A stretch of DNA of 64,000 nucleotides from Clostridia bacterium (GTDB lineage: Bacteria; Bacillota; Clostridia; Christensenellales; DTU072): assembly GCA_017403145.1 (NCBI GenBank), contig JAFQOO010000010.1, positions 96,151-160,150 on the forward strand. The letters run 5' to 3'. Positions within the stretch are counted from its first letter, which is position 1. Every line of letters begins with the position of its first letter. Shown one piece after another: positions 1 to 9,733 of this stretch. The notes below the pieces were generated by a model that saw only the letters and a program-made list of their open reading frames with translations, was not told the origin of the DNA and did no database searches. A program made the position numbers and the translations under genes.

Positions 1-578
1 CTAAATACGTATTTGTGCGCAAACTTGGGTATTATTCTACCAATTACCCATTCGTTAAAATGTTGAGCTTCCGTCGAACGCATATACTCTTCTAGTATGG
101 TATCATAATCGGCGCCGAGAACCAAAAGAATAATAGTAGCGCCAATACCCGCCCTATCCTTACCGGCAGAGCAGTTCATCATTAGCGGAACTTCTTCCTC
201 TATCAAAGAGTTCATAAGAGCCTTGTATGCCTTGTTGTTCAAGGGTAAATGCTCGTAGGTGGGTGCAACGTCTTCCCAAGTTACTTCCCTAAATACCATA
301 CCAAGCATACCGCCACCCTTCAACTTGAAGAGCTTATCGTTCTTGTATGATGCAGGAATGTTGCGATGCTCTGCACCGATATACTCGTATGCGCGGTCGC
401 CGTGGGTTTCGCCCTTTTCACGGAAATCGTAACCAACCTTTATGCCGAGCTTCTTATACTCGTCAAGCTCTTCATTGGTTGCAAAATCTATCGTAGCACT
501 ACGATAAAATAAACCTTTTTTTACTACGCGGTTATTACCAACGGGCAAACCGCCTAAATCTCTAAAATTTGCTATCAT
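1..578 (-). CDS. Protein-tyrosine phosphatase family protein (Y_phosphatase3-like), 3' end cut by window edge
   Basis: Not in the ORF track because it runs off the window. Translation from ATG at 578-576 gives MIANFRDLGGLPVGNNRVVKKGLFYRSA... with the CX5R P-loop NCSAGKDRAG. The frame is still open at base 1. Confidence 0.75.
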   Translation of the reverse strand, partial: MIANFRDLGGLPVGNNRVVKKGLFYRSATIDFATNEELDEYKKLGIKVGYDFREKGETHGDRAYEYIGAEHRNIPASYKNDKLFKLKGGGMLGMVFREVTWEDVAPTYEHLPLNNKAYKALMNSLIEEEVPLMMNCSAGKDRAGIGATIILLVLGADYDTILEEYMRSTEAQHFNEWVIGRIIPKFAHKYVF

Positions 579-587
579 AATGATTGT

Positions 588-616
588 ATAATACCACACA
601 AAAGTGGGCTTGACAA
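588..616 (-). promoter_or_regulatory. Sigma-A-like promoter of the phosphatase gene (TTGTCA-17-TATTAT)
   Basis: On the minus strand, -35 TTGTCA is at 616-611 and -10 TATTAT at 593-588, with a 17-nt spacer. Only 9 nt (acaatcatt) lie between the -10 and the ATG, and there is no SD. Confidence 0.35.
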
Positions 617-700
617 ACAAAAAGCAACGAAAATGCTCATTCTCTTTTAAAATTAGTGATTTTTTGCTTATAGTGCCATACTTTAAATAAAAAAAGCATA

Positions 701-750
701 AAAAAACCACTACGGAATTTTACTAGAGGTAAACACCGAGTGGTTTTTAT
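701..750 (-). terminator. Rho-independent terminator downstream of the PHP hydrolase gene
   Basis: Stem aaaaaccact (702-711) pairs with agtggttttt (739-748), with extra inner CGG/CCG pairs. On the minus strand it reads CCACTCGG...CCGTAGTGG followed by TTTTTT. Confidence 0.6.
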
Positions 751-828
751 TTCTAAATTATATTAAGGCTACTATTTGCGCTAACGATAACTCGTTGCTA
801 TTCCAAAATCGTACCTAAAACACAAGAC

Positions 829-2178
829 CTATTCAAAATAGATGGGCGAACAAAGTGCCGAGCAATATCCACCCTCCGGATGGGGCTTGAAAGCTTGTTG
901 AGGCACCATAAACAGAAGCGCCATATTCAAAACGAACTTCATTATGGGGTCATAGTGATGCTTTGTTTCGGCTCTCACAAAGCCAGCGGAGGGTACCGAA
1001 ACCTCAAATTCATAATCGCCCGTTCTCTTGCATTTCTTCTCGAAAAGAACGCCGTCTTTACCTTTAACGTAGAGAGTATGTCCACGCTTGAAGTTCTTTA
1101 CTTTCACCTTGACGGTAGCGCCCTCTACGTAGCTAACCGTATCACCGCAAATAGCATCGCCCGAAGTCATTGTTATAACCGTTCCACGAGTAGGATACTC
1201 GGAAATAGTAACGTTACCTTTCCTAATACCCTCCAAAATATCGGCAGGAGAATTGGACTTTGCGTATACGAAAGTCGCAGGGTTACCTAAAAAGTTGGTT
1301 ACTACCATATCGTAGTGATAATCCGAACCGCCAACTATCTTTACCTTTTTGCCTTGCACAAGCAAGCTATGCCACCAATCTATACATTCTTGGTTATCAG
1401 GGCGCATCGGTCCGTTCCAAACCTCGATTCTATCCCAAAAATCTTCGCCCTCTAGAGGCCACAACCATCCGCACTTTTTACATCTTGGATGATTTACCGA
1501 AACGATAGCTCCCTTTCTTTCACATTCCTCTTTCATTCTCAACCAATCGCTAAAATTGTTGGTTGCATATCCCTCGGTATAGGGTACTTTTACCCCCCAT
1601 ACGTTGGCGTGCGCTATGGGATAGGTCATCTCTACACCGTTTATCATAGTAACCTTATCGCTACTGGGAAGTTCGCCCATTACCGTACGATTGTGGTCGG
1701 TCATTATTAGATAATCCAACTTGTTCCTTTCCGCCCTTTTAACCAGCCATTCGTAGCTCATATGCCCGTCGGATAGGTGGGAGTGGCAATGGGTGTCGCC
1801 AACGTACCAGCCCGCTTTCTTTTCCACAAGCTCTACGTGAAGTTCTATGGTGTACTCGTTGGATATAAATCTATTCGCGCAAACAACGATAGTCCATTTG
1901 CCGGGTACGATTTCGCGTCTTTCGTAGCCGAGAGTGGAATAGGCACCCGATACTACTATCTTTTCGCCCTTTCTGCCTCTGGTACCTACGTCCATACCGC
2001 TGGGGTCTTTTAGGCATATACCGACTTCGTTTACCCACATTTCACCCTTGACTCTTTCGGGATAAAAGTCATAATAAAACTCTATTCTACCGATATCTTC
2101 GGTAACGTCGATAGGGAAAAAGTGGTACATTATATTGTCTTCTTTTTTTGCATTGATGGTAAAATCTAATTTTTTCAT
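829..2178 (-). CDS. PHP-domain metallohydrolase (CehA/McbA-like)
   Basis: ORF 829..2184. Contains GDTHCHSHLSDGHMS and LIMTDHN, which are PHP metal-binding motifs. The ATG at 2178 (MKKLDF) has AGGAG 5 nt upstream, so I prefer it to the GTG at 2184. Confidence 0.75.
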   Translation of the reverse strand: MKKLDFTINAKKEDNIMYHFFPIDVTEDIGRIEFYYDFYPERVKGEMWVNEVGICLKDPSGMDVGTRGRKGEKIVVSGAYSTLGYERREIVPGKWTIVVCANRFISNEYTIELHVELVEKKAGWYVGDTHCHSHLSDGHMSYEWLVKRAERNKLDYLIMTDHNRTVMGELPSSDKVTMINGVEMTYPIAHANVWGVKVPYTEGYATNNFSDWLRMKEECERKGAIVSVNHPRCKKCGWLWPLEGEDFWDRIEVWNGPMRPDNQECIDWWHSLLVQGKKVKIVGGSDYHYDMVVTNFLGNPATFVYAKSNSPADILEGIRKGNVTISEYPTRGTVITMTSGDAICGDTVSYVEGATVKVKVKNFKRGHTLYVKGKDGVLFEKKCKRTGDYEFEVSVPSAGFVRAETKHHYDPIMKFVLNMALLFMVPQQAFKPHPEGGYCSALCSPIYFE

Positions 2179-2229
2179 AAGCACTCCTACCTAGATATTG
2201 TAGCACGAAAAGAATGCGATTTCAATAGG

Positions 2230-4443
2230 CTATTCTACACCATTTTTAAGGTGCCCCGACGTGGTGTTTTTCACCCTTTCACGATACTCCTTTGGGGTTG
2301 CACTAAATCGCAATGATAAATCTTTGCCTTTATGCAATACAAAATTATAAATCGATAAATTACTATCGTCGTAAATCATTTCCATTGGGTTATATATTTC
2401 AAAATAACACTTGGAAAGCTTTATTCTGCGTAAAGTGAATTTTCTTCCCGCATAGTCGGTCAAGGTATTCAAGGTGGGCTCCTTGCATTTCGCACAATTC
2501 TTGCCATATGGGCAGTAACCGAGCTCCATTCCCTTGACGTCTCCGCGTGTAAACACAAACGCACTTTCTTCGTAGCCCGTTTGCTTTATTTCCTTTTGAG
2601 TAAGCTCCTTGCTGACGGCGACGTGCGTGGCAACCTTGCTCGCATACCCAAGAGAAAGCCCGTTAAACAAGTTAAAATCTGTCCCAATAAACACCTTTTT
2701 GCCCCACTCCTCAGCAAGCGCAAATACGTGAAGATTTTCTCCGTAGAGTCCATCAAAATTCTTAATACGCAAGGCTATTATTTCTTTATCACGAGAATTC
2801 AACAAGCTCGGAAGGTATAGGTAGCGCTCCTTTGCTCCCATAGTTAGGTCGAAAAACTTGTTAAAATATCTTTCGTCATTATAGTCGCTTGGCGCAAATA
2901 TCGCTACGTCATAGCCGGATATTCCCTCGAAACTTTCGCTTATAACCGCAATAGCTTTTTCTTTTATAGGCGCTTTAGCGCACTCGTATGATAAATTGGC
3001 ATCTTTTGCAGAAGGGCGATAAGACAATTTTTCGTAGGCAAGAGTATATGCTTTTCTGCGCAATGCGTTAAGCACGCTTCTAACACCAAAGGGAGCACCC
3101 TCAATAGTAATTTTATAGCTTTCTATAGCAAACGGATAGCAATCTACTTTATCGAAAATTTCTTTTACCTGCTCTTCCACTAGCGGTTTTCCATTTGCTA
3201 TGGGAAGCTCTATATCGCTATATGCACTTGCGACCACCGCGCCATCCGCATAGACCTCGACGTAGGCTTTTTCGTTTTCTTTTGCGACGAATACTACGTC
3301 TAACAATCTAGCTGAACATACGTTTAGTAGCTCTTTGTTTAACCGAACGTCGGTAGTGATATAAACTTTATCTCCTACCGCTATTTTGCCCTTCGCGTTT
3401 AGAGGAACTCCGTCCTTTCCCCTTTCTCCACTACTTTCCGCACTACCCACTTCTTTACCATCGCGGAGTATTTTGAAGCAATCACCTTTAACAGGGTTTA
3501 GGTTTCCGCTAACAAGTATTTTGGAGCCCAATACTCTTTTAACCGTGCCAACAGCTTCTCCAATATGCCCTTGAATATCGGTTGATAAAAATCTTTTATC
3601 TTGCCCAAATGCAAGTCCTTTTGTATAACCGCCACGATTATATGTACGCTTCAAAGCGGAAAGCTCTCCACCCACTTTTTCGTGAGGATAAATCAAGCTC
3701 CTATAATAATTTAGGGAAGCACTAACGTACTCGGCTCGCCTCATTCTTCCCTCTATTTTCAAGGATTTAACACCGGCTTCTTCTAGCTCTTTTATGCTTT
3801 CACCCACGCACAAATCGGCAGTACATATCGCATAATTTTCCTCTTTCCCGCCAATAGTATAGGTTCGCCTACAAGGTTGCTTACATAGACCACGGTTACC
3901 GCTATTTCCTCCCCCGAAGCTACTCATATAACAGTGCCCGGAAAAGGAAGTGCATAGTGCGCCCTGCACGAAAACTTCCGTGTCCATAATAGGCGCAATT
4001 TTCTTTATTTCTTGTAGAGGTGTTTCTCTTGCCAAAATCACCCTTTTAAATCCGTGCTCTTTTGCAACTATCGCTCCCTCAACGTTGTTCACTCCGCCTT
4101 GAGTGCTCAAATGCAATTCAACGTCGGGCAACCTTTCACTTATAAACTTACCGAGGAAAAGGTCTTGCAAAATTATAGCGTCTACACCAATAGCACGAAT
4201 TTTTAGAACTGCATCAAAAAAGCCCTCCAGCTCGTTTTCTTTAACGAGTGTGTTGAGGGCAACGTAAACTTTTACTCCCATTACGCGAGCAAATTTGACT
4301 GCTTCTTCTAGTTCCTCATAGGAGAAATTGTCCGCACTCTTGCGTGCCGAAAAATCTTTTAATCCTAAGTAAACCGCGTTCGCACCAGAACCAACGGCAA
4401 CGTAAAAGGTGGATAAATTTCCGCAAGGTGCAAGTAACTCCAC
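2230..4443 (-). CDS. Peptidase U32 family protein, long form with C-terminal extension
   Basis: N-terminus ELLAPCGN...ANAVYLGLKDFSAR. U32 Cys-rich signature EVFVQGALCTSFSGHCYMSS, plus LKIEGRMR. GTG start at 4443 overlaps the upstream stop (TAGTG), with AAGGAG 9 nt upstream. Confidence 0.85.
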   Translation of the reverse strand: MELLAPCGNLSTFYVAVGSGANAVYLGLKDFSARKSADNFSYEELEEAVKFARVMGVKVYVALNTLVKENELEGFFDAVLKIRAIGVDAIILQDLFLGKFISERLPDVELHLSTQGGVNNVEGAIVAKEHGFKRVILARETPLQEIKKIAPIMDTEVFVQGALCTSFSGHCYMSSFGGGNSGNRGLCKQPCRRTYTIGGKEENYAICTADLCVGESIKELEEAGVKSLKIEGRMRRAEYVSASLNYYRSLIYPHEKVGGELSALKRTYNRGGYTKGLAFGQDKRFLSTDIQGHIGEAVGTVKRVLGSKILVSGNLNPVKGDCFKILRDGKEVGSAESSGERGKDGVPLNAKGKIAVGDKVYITTDVRLNKELLNVCSARLLDVVFVAKENEKAYVEVYADGAVVASAYSDIELPIANGKPLVEEQVKEIFDKVDCYPFAIESYKITIEGAPFGVRSVLNALRRKAYTLAYEKLSYRPSAKDANLSYECAKAPIKEKAIAVISESFEGISGYDVAIFAPSDYNDERYFNKFFDLTMGAKERYLYLPSLLNSRDKEIIALRIKNFDGLYGENLHVFALAEEWGKKVFIGTDFNLFNGLSLGYASKVATHVAVSKELTQKEIKQTGYEESAFVFTRGDVKGMELGYCPYGKNCAKCKEPTLNTLTDYAGRKFTLRRIKLSKCYFEIYNPMEMIYDDSNLSIYNFVLHKGKDLSLRFSATPKEYRERVKNTTSGHLKNGVE

Positions 4444-5654
4444 TATCTTTTTCTCCTTAGAATATCACCTTTTGATAGCTCGACGTCAACTTTTATTTTT
4501 ACCTTTTGTTGTACTATTTTCGCGTCGTCTATTAGATTTCCTTTATCATCATACATTTCGCCAACAACTATTTGAGCGTTTATATTTTCACTTGGCGTAA
4601 GCACTTCCAACCTTTCGCCCTTTCTAAAGCGGTTACGCATTTCTACAATGGCATATCCCTCTTTATAGTCCTCGACGATAGCTATAAACTCGTGCGTTCC
4701 TCCGTTTTGTCCGCTTTCGTAAGCAATGGTTTTTTCGTTATCGCCCAGTGCGTAAGCAACGGTATAATCACGATGAACAACCTTTCTAACCTCGTTTTCA
4801 AAATCTGCAATATTGTCGTTATAAGTTCCCATAAAGTAGCTATCGAGCGCCCTTCTATAGGCATTTACAATAGTTGCAAGATAATACTCGGACTTCATTC
4901 TTCCCTCTATTTTTAGAGAGTGAACACCCGCTCCAATAATATTTGGAATATAGGATATCATATTGAGGTCTTTTGAATTTAGGATATAAGTGCCCCTCTC
5001 GTCTTCTTCCATTTGTAGGGGCTCGCCACCGCGATTATACTCGGTGATGCTATAGTTCCATCTGCAAGCTTGCACGCATTCGCCCCTATTAGCATCCCTT
5101 CCGTCAAGATAGTTTGATAGTAGGCATCTTCCACTATAGGAAACGCACATCGCTCCGTGCACAAAGATTTCAAGCTCCGTACCGGGATTATGCTCTCCAA
5201 TTTCCTTTATCTCTTCAAAAGATAGCTCGCGAGCAAGCACCACTCTTTCTACACCTTGCTTTGCCCAAAATTCAACGGTATATTTGTTTAGGGTGTTAGC
5301 TTGGGTGGATAGGTGTATAGGTAAGCTTGGTGCAACCCTTTTACACAAAGATATAAGCCCTGCATCGGTTATCAAAACAGCATCTACGCCTATGCTTTCG
5401 AGTGCTTTGAAATATTCTTCCGCCACCTTGAAATCCCTATTCTTAGGGAATATGTTGACGGTAACGTACATTTTTTTGCCTCTTGCGTGGCAGTATTCAA
5501 CGCCCTCGCGCATTTCTTCAAGGGTAAAGTTATCGGCATAAGCACGTAGGGAAAACTCCTTTCCGCCTGCATAAACCGCATCTGCGCCAAAGTCAATGGC
5601 TGTCTTCAATTTCTTCAAACTGCCCGCCGGGGCTAATAGTTCTATCTTTTTCAT
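4443..5654 (-). CDS. Peptidase U32 family protein (YhbU/YrrO-like)
   Basis: MKKIELLAPAGSL...ADAVYAGGKEFSLRA, EIFVHGAMCVSYSGRCLLSNY and LKIEGRMKS are canonical U32 motifs. Confidence 0.9.
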   Translation of the reverse strand: MKKIELLAPAGSLKKLKTAIDFGADAVYAGGKEFSLRAYADNFTLEEMREGVEYCHARGKKMYVTVNIFPKNRDFKVAEEYFKALESIGVDAVLITDAGLISLCKRVAPSLPIHLSTQANTLNKYTVEFWAKQGVERVVLARELSFEEIKEIGEHNPGTELEIFVHGAMCVSYSGRCLLSNYLDGRDANRGECVQACRWNYSITEYNRGGEPLQMEEDERGTYILNSKDLNMISYIPNIIGAGVHSLKIEGRMKSEYYLATIVNAYRRALDSYFMGTYNDNIADFENEVRKVVHRDYTVAYALGDNEKTIAYESGQNGGTHEFIAIVEDYKEGYAIVEMRNRFRKGERLEVLTPSENINAQIVVGEMYDDKGNLIDDAKIVQQKVKIKVDVELSKGDILRRKR

Positions 5655-5732
5655 AATTTTATTTTAACATATTCTATTGAAATTGTCATTATTTATGTTA
5701 AACTATTATATACAAATCACTAGGAGCTAGTT

Positions 5733-6686
5733 ATGTTAAATAAATTTAAAATTGGCCATTACACAAACGAAGAAAAAGGAACAGGCTGTACCGTTATTCT
5801 TGCAGAGGATGGTGCGGTAGGCGGTTGTTCTATTAGAGGGTCCTCTCCCGCTACTCGCGAAACCGATTTGCTAAAGACCGAAAAAACCGTATCTAGCGTA
5901 AACGCTGTCGTTCTTTCGGGTGGTTCCGCATTTGGTTTAGAAGCATCAAGCGGAGTTATGGATTATCTATATGAAAACGGAAAAGGCTATAACGCAGGTA
6001 AATACAAAGTACCAATCGTAGTTGGCGCATCCATATACGACCTTGAATACAAGGATTTTGGTTATCCTAACAAGCAAGCAGGCTACGAAGCGGCAAAAAA
6101 CGCAACGGTAAACAATTTCCAAAAAGGTATTATAGGTGGAGCAAGCGGTAGTACCGTTTCCAAGTTACTTGGTATGCCTACTGCGGTTAAAACGGGACTA
6201 GGAGTACAAACCTACTCGATAAACGGGCTGGAAATAGCTGTTATCACTCTTGTTAACGCTCTTGGCGACGTAGTAAAGGATGGTAATATTATTGCAGGCG
6301 CACTTGCACCCGACGGTACTCCCGTGTCTATGAAGAAAATATTTACTATGGGTGGCTTTGACGAACCCAAATGTGCCAATACCACTATAGGATGCGTACT
6401 AACAAACGCAAAACTAACGAAAGCCCAAGCCAATCTTTTAGCAGATATTGCGCACGATGGTTTTGCTCTAGCTCTATCCCCCTCGCACACACGTTTTGAC
6501 GGAGATGCAATGTTCGCACTCGCTAGCGGAGAAATAGACGTTGCATTCGACACCCTACTTGCCCTTATTCCCGACCTAGTTGCGCGTTCCATACAATCCT
6601 CGGTAATCACCACCGAACCCATCGAAACAAAAATCAGTCCAATGATGTTCAAGCTTTTCCAAAAAATTTGGAAGAAGCTATCCTAA
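5733..6686 (+). CDS. P1/S58 (DmpA-type) aminopeptidase family protein
   Basis: KIGHYTNEEKGTGCTVILAEDGAVGG, SPATRETDLL and NTTIGCVLTNAKL. SD ctAGGAGc lies upstream of the ATG. Confidence 0.8.
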   Translation: MLNKFKIGHYTNEEKGTGCTVILAEDGAVGGCSIRGSSPATRETDLLKTEKTVSSVNAVVLSGGSAFGLEASSGVMDYLYENGKGYNAGKYKVPIVVGASIYDLEYKDFGYPNKQAGYEAAKNATVNNFQKGIIGGASGSTVSKLLGMPTAVKTGLGVQTYSINGLEIAVITLVNALGDVVKDGNIIAGALAPDGTPVSMKKIFTMGGFDEPKCANTTIGCVLTNAKLTKAQANLLADIAHDGFALALSPSHTRFDGDAMFALASGEIDVAFDTLLALIPDLVARSIQSSVITTEPIETKISPMMFKLFQKIWKKLS

Positions 6687-6721
6687 AACACGCCACTCTT
6701 TAAACAACTATTTATTGCAAC

Positions 6722-6752
6722 AAAAAACGACCGATTTATTCGGTCGTTTTTC
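6722..6752. terminator. Bidirectional rho-independent terminator between convergent genes
   Basis: aaaaaacgaccg / atttatt / cggtcgttttt: a perfect GC-containing stem flanked by an A-run and a T-run. Confidence 0.65.
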
Positions 6753-6771
6753 AATATCGTTTGCATTTGAA

Positions 6772-7923
6772 TTATTGTTTTAAGCGAGTTTGCTCGATGG
6801 TCATTTCGCCTTCGGTAGAAATGGTGATGATGGTGCCACCGCGTTGCTCGTGTTCGTTTTCGATACCAAAATATGCTAGGTGGTCGATGCTCATTCCATA
6901 GGTAAGACGAATGCCTTTATACTCCAAGCTCCAGAAGTTTACGTGGTCGTGTCCACAGAAAATACCTTGCGTTGAGCCTAGCTCAAGTGCGGTTTCAAAG
7001 AAGTTATCTTCGGGAACCGAGCAACATACTTCTTCGTCCTTTTCTTTTGCTTTACCATAGTAGTAGGTTACGTTTTCGGTGTCTTTATATCCGTTTGCAC
7101 TATATTCTTTCCAAGCGGTTTCGTACTCGCGAAGAGGAATGTGAATGAATACCAAGCTCTTGACAACAGGTGCGTTTTCGTCGATTGCCTTGTTAAGGTT
7201 ATTCATACGATTAACCTCTGCCTTGTACCAATCGATTTGGTTTTGGTGTAGTCCGTCGTAGTCGTCTATAAAGCCTGCAACGTAGGAGTGAGTATCCATC
7301 ATATAGAAGGTTTGGGTTATAAGACCTGCGGAGTTCTTTACGTTGATAGCATAGTTGATATCGTCTACTCCTTCTGCCCTATCTATTAGGCAATACTTGC
7401 TGGAACGATAAATGTTGTATAGGTCATCTCTACGATACAATGAGTAATCTTCGGTGTCGTGGTTACCAAAGCAAACTGCATAATAGACTCCCAAACTATC
7501 CATTAGGGATACGAAAAGTTCGGTTTCACGACGATTGTCAATCGTGCCGGATTGGAAAGGAACGGGGTAAACAATGTCGCCGGTTACTATAACCAAGTCG
7601 GGCTTAACACGTTTGATTAGAGCTTCCACAGCATCAAAAGCTTTTCTATCTTTGCCAACGCTAAAGGCACCGCCACCGATGTGAACGTCGGTTAGTTGTA
7701 GCACTTTGAATTCTCTATCGGTATAAAAGGTATATACTCCGTCTTCCATAACGGGAGTTAGGGGTGAACCGATATATTCCTTGCTTTCTACTATTCTAAT
7801 GTTTTGCTTGTATGCGATAACGTCTATTACGACAACGCCAGCAAGAGCAAGCAAAATGATGCACAATACGGTGCTAACCACAGCAAGAGCTGTCTTACCT
7901 CTTCCGCCTCTTCTTAATGCCAT
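6772..7923 (-). CDS. Membrane-anchored calcineurin-like metallophosphoesterase
   Basis: N-terminal TM helix (ALAVVSTVLCIILLALAGVVVI). Motifs LTDVHIGG, VTGDIVYP, GNHD and GHDH. AAGGAG lies 7 nt upstream of the ATG. Confidence 0.85.
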   Translation of the reverse strand: MALRRGGRGKTALAVVSTVLCIILLALAGVVVIDVIAYKQNIRIVESKEYIGSPLTPVMEDGVYTFYTDREFKVLQLTDVHIGGGAFSVGKDRKAFDAVEALIKRVKPDLVIVTGDIVYPVPFQSGTIDNRRETELFVSLMDSLGVYYAVCFGNHDTEDYSLYRRDDLYNIYRSSKYCLIDRAEGVDDINYAINVKNSAGLITQTFYMMDTHSYVAGFIDDYDGLHQNQIDWYKAEVNRMNNLNKAIDENAPVVKSLVFIHIPLREYETAWKEYSANGYKDTENVTYYYGKAKEKDEEVCCSVPEDNFFETALELGSTQGIFCGHDHVNFWSLEYKGIRLTYGMSIDHLAYFGIENEHEQRGGTIITISTEGEMTIEQTRLKQ

Positions 7924-7963
7924 ATCGAACTCCTTGTTCTTCTAAAATCTATAATATAATTAT

Positions 7964-7991
7964 AGTATATTATTAGGTGGCTTTTTGTCAA
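7964..7991 (-). promoter_or_regulatory. Sigma-A-like promoter (TTGACA-16-TATACT) for the metallophosphoesterase gene
   Basis: On the minus strand, TTGACA is at 7991-7986 and TATACT at 7969-7964. Confidence 0.45.
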
Positions 7992-8013
7992 TAAGAAAAA
8001 ATATCAATAATTA

Positions 8014-8046
8014 GTAAAAAATAAGGACAATCTTTAGATTGCCCTT
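8014..8046 (-). terminator. Rho-independent terminator of the antiporter operon
   Basis: On the minus strand: AAGGGCAATC-TAAA-GATTGTCCTT (one A.C mismatch), followed by ATTTTTTAC. Confidence 0.55.
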
Positions 8047-8071
8047 AAATTACCACTATTCGTGTAAATAT

Positions 8072-9340
8072 CTACGCCTTCTTTTTAGAGAGCTTTTCCT
8101 TTAACCCACCAATAAGGTCAACAATGGGAAGCTTGCCCTTTTCGGTAATTTCGCCCGCCCTCTGCAAACAAATCTTGGTTAGTAGCGGTCCTACTATTTC
8201 GTAGAATAGCGTTGCGCATAATACAACCGTTACTATACTTTGGCTTATGGTTTGTAGTGCCGGTTCGCTTGCAACCGTTTGTGCCATACCTATCGCAACA
8301 CCCGCTTGGGGAAGAAGAGTGATACCTAGATAGTTCTTTACGTTCTTGTCCGACTTGGTAATTAGTCCGCCCAAATATGCTCCGCTATATTTTCCTAAAG
8401 AACGGAAAACGATATAAACTATACCTATCACTCCAATATAAGGAATAATCGTTAGGTCTAACGTTGCACCCGATATTACGAAGAATAACATAAATAGCGG
8501 AGGTGTCCATCTTTCTTGTCCGTCTAGAATGATAACTGCATCCTTTCTTGCATTGGTAAATGCAGCGCCCACCATCATACAGATTAGAAGGGAGCTCATA
8601 TGTACGCCTAGTATTTCTATTTGGCATAGACCAACCGCGATAAGAACGGTTGCTACCATTGCACTAAGTCTGTTCGCACGCGATTTGAATAGCTTACATA
8701 CGAACGCAAGTATCAAGCCAAGCACACAACCTATTCCCAAGCTTAGTACGATTTCAAGCAATGGGTTTAGCACAATAGCTTTTGCTGTAATTTCGCCACC
8801 ACCTGCAAGAACCTTTGCTACACCAAAACATATTGCGAACACAATTAGTCCTATAGCGTCATCGAAGGCAACTACGGGCAATAACGTTTCGGTAACGGGA
8901 CCCTTTGCCTTGTATTGGCGTACAACCATTAATGTTGCTGCAGGTGCCGTAGCCGTAGCAATTGCAGAAAGTAGTAGTATTGCGGGAGTGCTAATAAGCG
9001 TTGGGTCTATCGCTTGTACCACGAATAGGCTGGATATAACAAATGCAACTGCTCCAAAAGCTTGCAAGAAAGTTATGGTAAGAACCTTACCTCCCAATCT
9101 TTTAATAGAATCAATCTTGAACTCTCCACCAATGGAGAAAGCAATAAATCCTAGCGCAATAGTAGAAATAAAACTAATATCACTCAAATTCTGGGTATTC
9201 AGTAGGTTTATGCAATATGGTCCTACCAAAATACCTGCAATCAAATATCCCGTAACGTTGGGTAGGTTGAATAGCTTCATAACTCTGTTGAGTATCAAAC
9301 CAAACACCATAGCAAGCGCTACTCCCAAAATAGCATTCAT
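8072..9340 (-). CDS. Cation:proton antiporter (CPA2/Kef-type Na+/H+ exchanger family), no RCK domain
   Basis: Polytopic protein. N-terminus LPNVTGYLIAGILVGPYCINLL is typical of the Na_H_exchanger family. 422 aa with only a short soluble tail. Confidence 0.85.
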   Translation of the reverse strand: MNAILGVALAMVFGLILNRVMKLFNLPNVTGYLIAGILVGPYCINLLNTQNLSDISFISTIALGFIAFSIGGEFKIDSIKRLGGKVLTITFLQAFGAVAFVISSLFVVQAIDPTLISTPAILLLSAIATATAPAATLMVVRQYKAKGPVTETLLPVVAFDDAIGLIVFAICFGVAKVLAGGGEITAKAIVLNPLLEIVLSLGIGCVLGLILAFVCKLFKSRANRLSAMVATVLIAVGLCQIEILGVHMSSLLICMMVGAAFTNARKDAVIILDGQERWTPPLFMLFFVISGATLDLTIIPYIGVIGIVYIVFRSLGKYSGAYLGGLITKSDKNVKNYLGITLLPQAGVAIGMAQTVASEPALQTISQSIVTVVLCATLFYEIVGPLLTKICLQRAGEITEKGKLPIVDLIGGLKEKLSKKKA

Positions 9341-9381
9341 ATTCTCTATCCTTTATTTGTTGTTTTTCGTTTTAGGTTAAA

Positions 9382-9708
9382 TTATAATCCCTCGTAATCG
9401 TTTACGGGAATGGAAAACATTACGCCTTTATGAGTAAGGTCTTTTACTATATCCCTAACCCTTTGCTTTACTTGCTCCATCTTGTCGGTTTCAACAAGCA
9501 TCATAAGGGTGTGTCCGGAGTCAAAATGACGTCTTGAAATCTTTGTCAAAAACCCAAAAACGGGAACAGCTTCTACGCTATCCTCGTGCATTGCATTATG
9601 TACGCTAACGCTGGGAAGTACTATTCCGTTTAGCCCCACATCGTTTATTTCGTGTATAACGTGCTTAAATTCACTTTCATTCTTTAGATTTATAACTAGT
9701 AAATGCAT
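9382..9708 (-). CDS. Small P-II-like (DarA/PstA-like fold?) protein co-transcribed with the antiporter
   Basis: GGAGG lies 7 nt upstream of the ATG at 9708 (MHLLVINLK...). The TTG at 9729 in the ORF track would include this SD, so I reject it. The pattern MxLxV...FGFLTK...HTLMMLVETD...GVMFSIPVNDY resembles the beta-alpha-beta P-II-like layout. The function call is weak. Confidence 0.55.
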   Translation of the reverse strand: MHLLVINLKNESEFKHVIHEINDVGLNGIVLPSVSVHNAMHEDSVEAVPVFGFLTKISRRHFDSGHTLMMLVETDKMEQVKQRVRDIVKDLTHKGVMFSIPVNDYEGL

Positions 9709-9733
9709 ATTACTCCTCCTTTGATTCAAGCGA

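Noticed and set aside
8529-9380. 283-aa plus-strand ORF antisense to the antiporter gene. Similar long antisense ORFs occur at 31669-32436, 21923-22576 and 6212-6652, and dozens lie inside the two giant genes.
   Set aside because: They lie entirely within strongly supported genes on the opposite strand and have low-complexity, Ser/Leu/Pro-rich compositions typical of antisense frames. They have no SD or promoter and no recognisable motifs.
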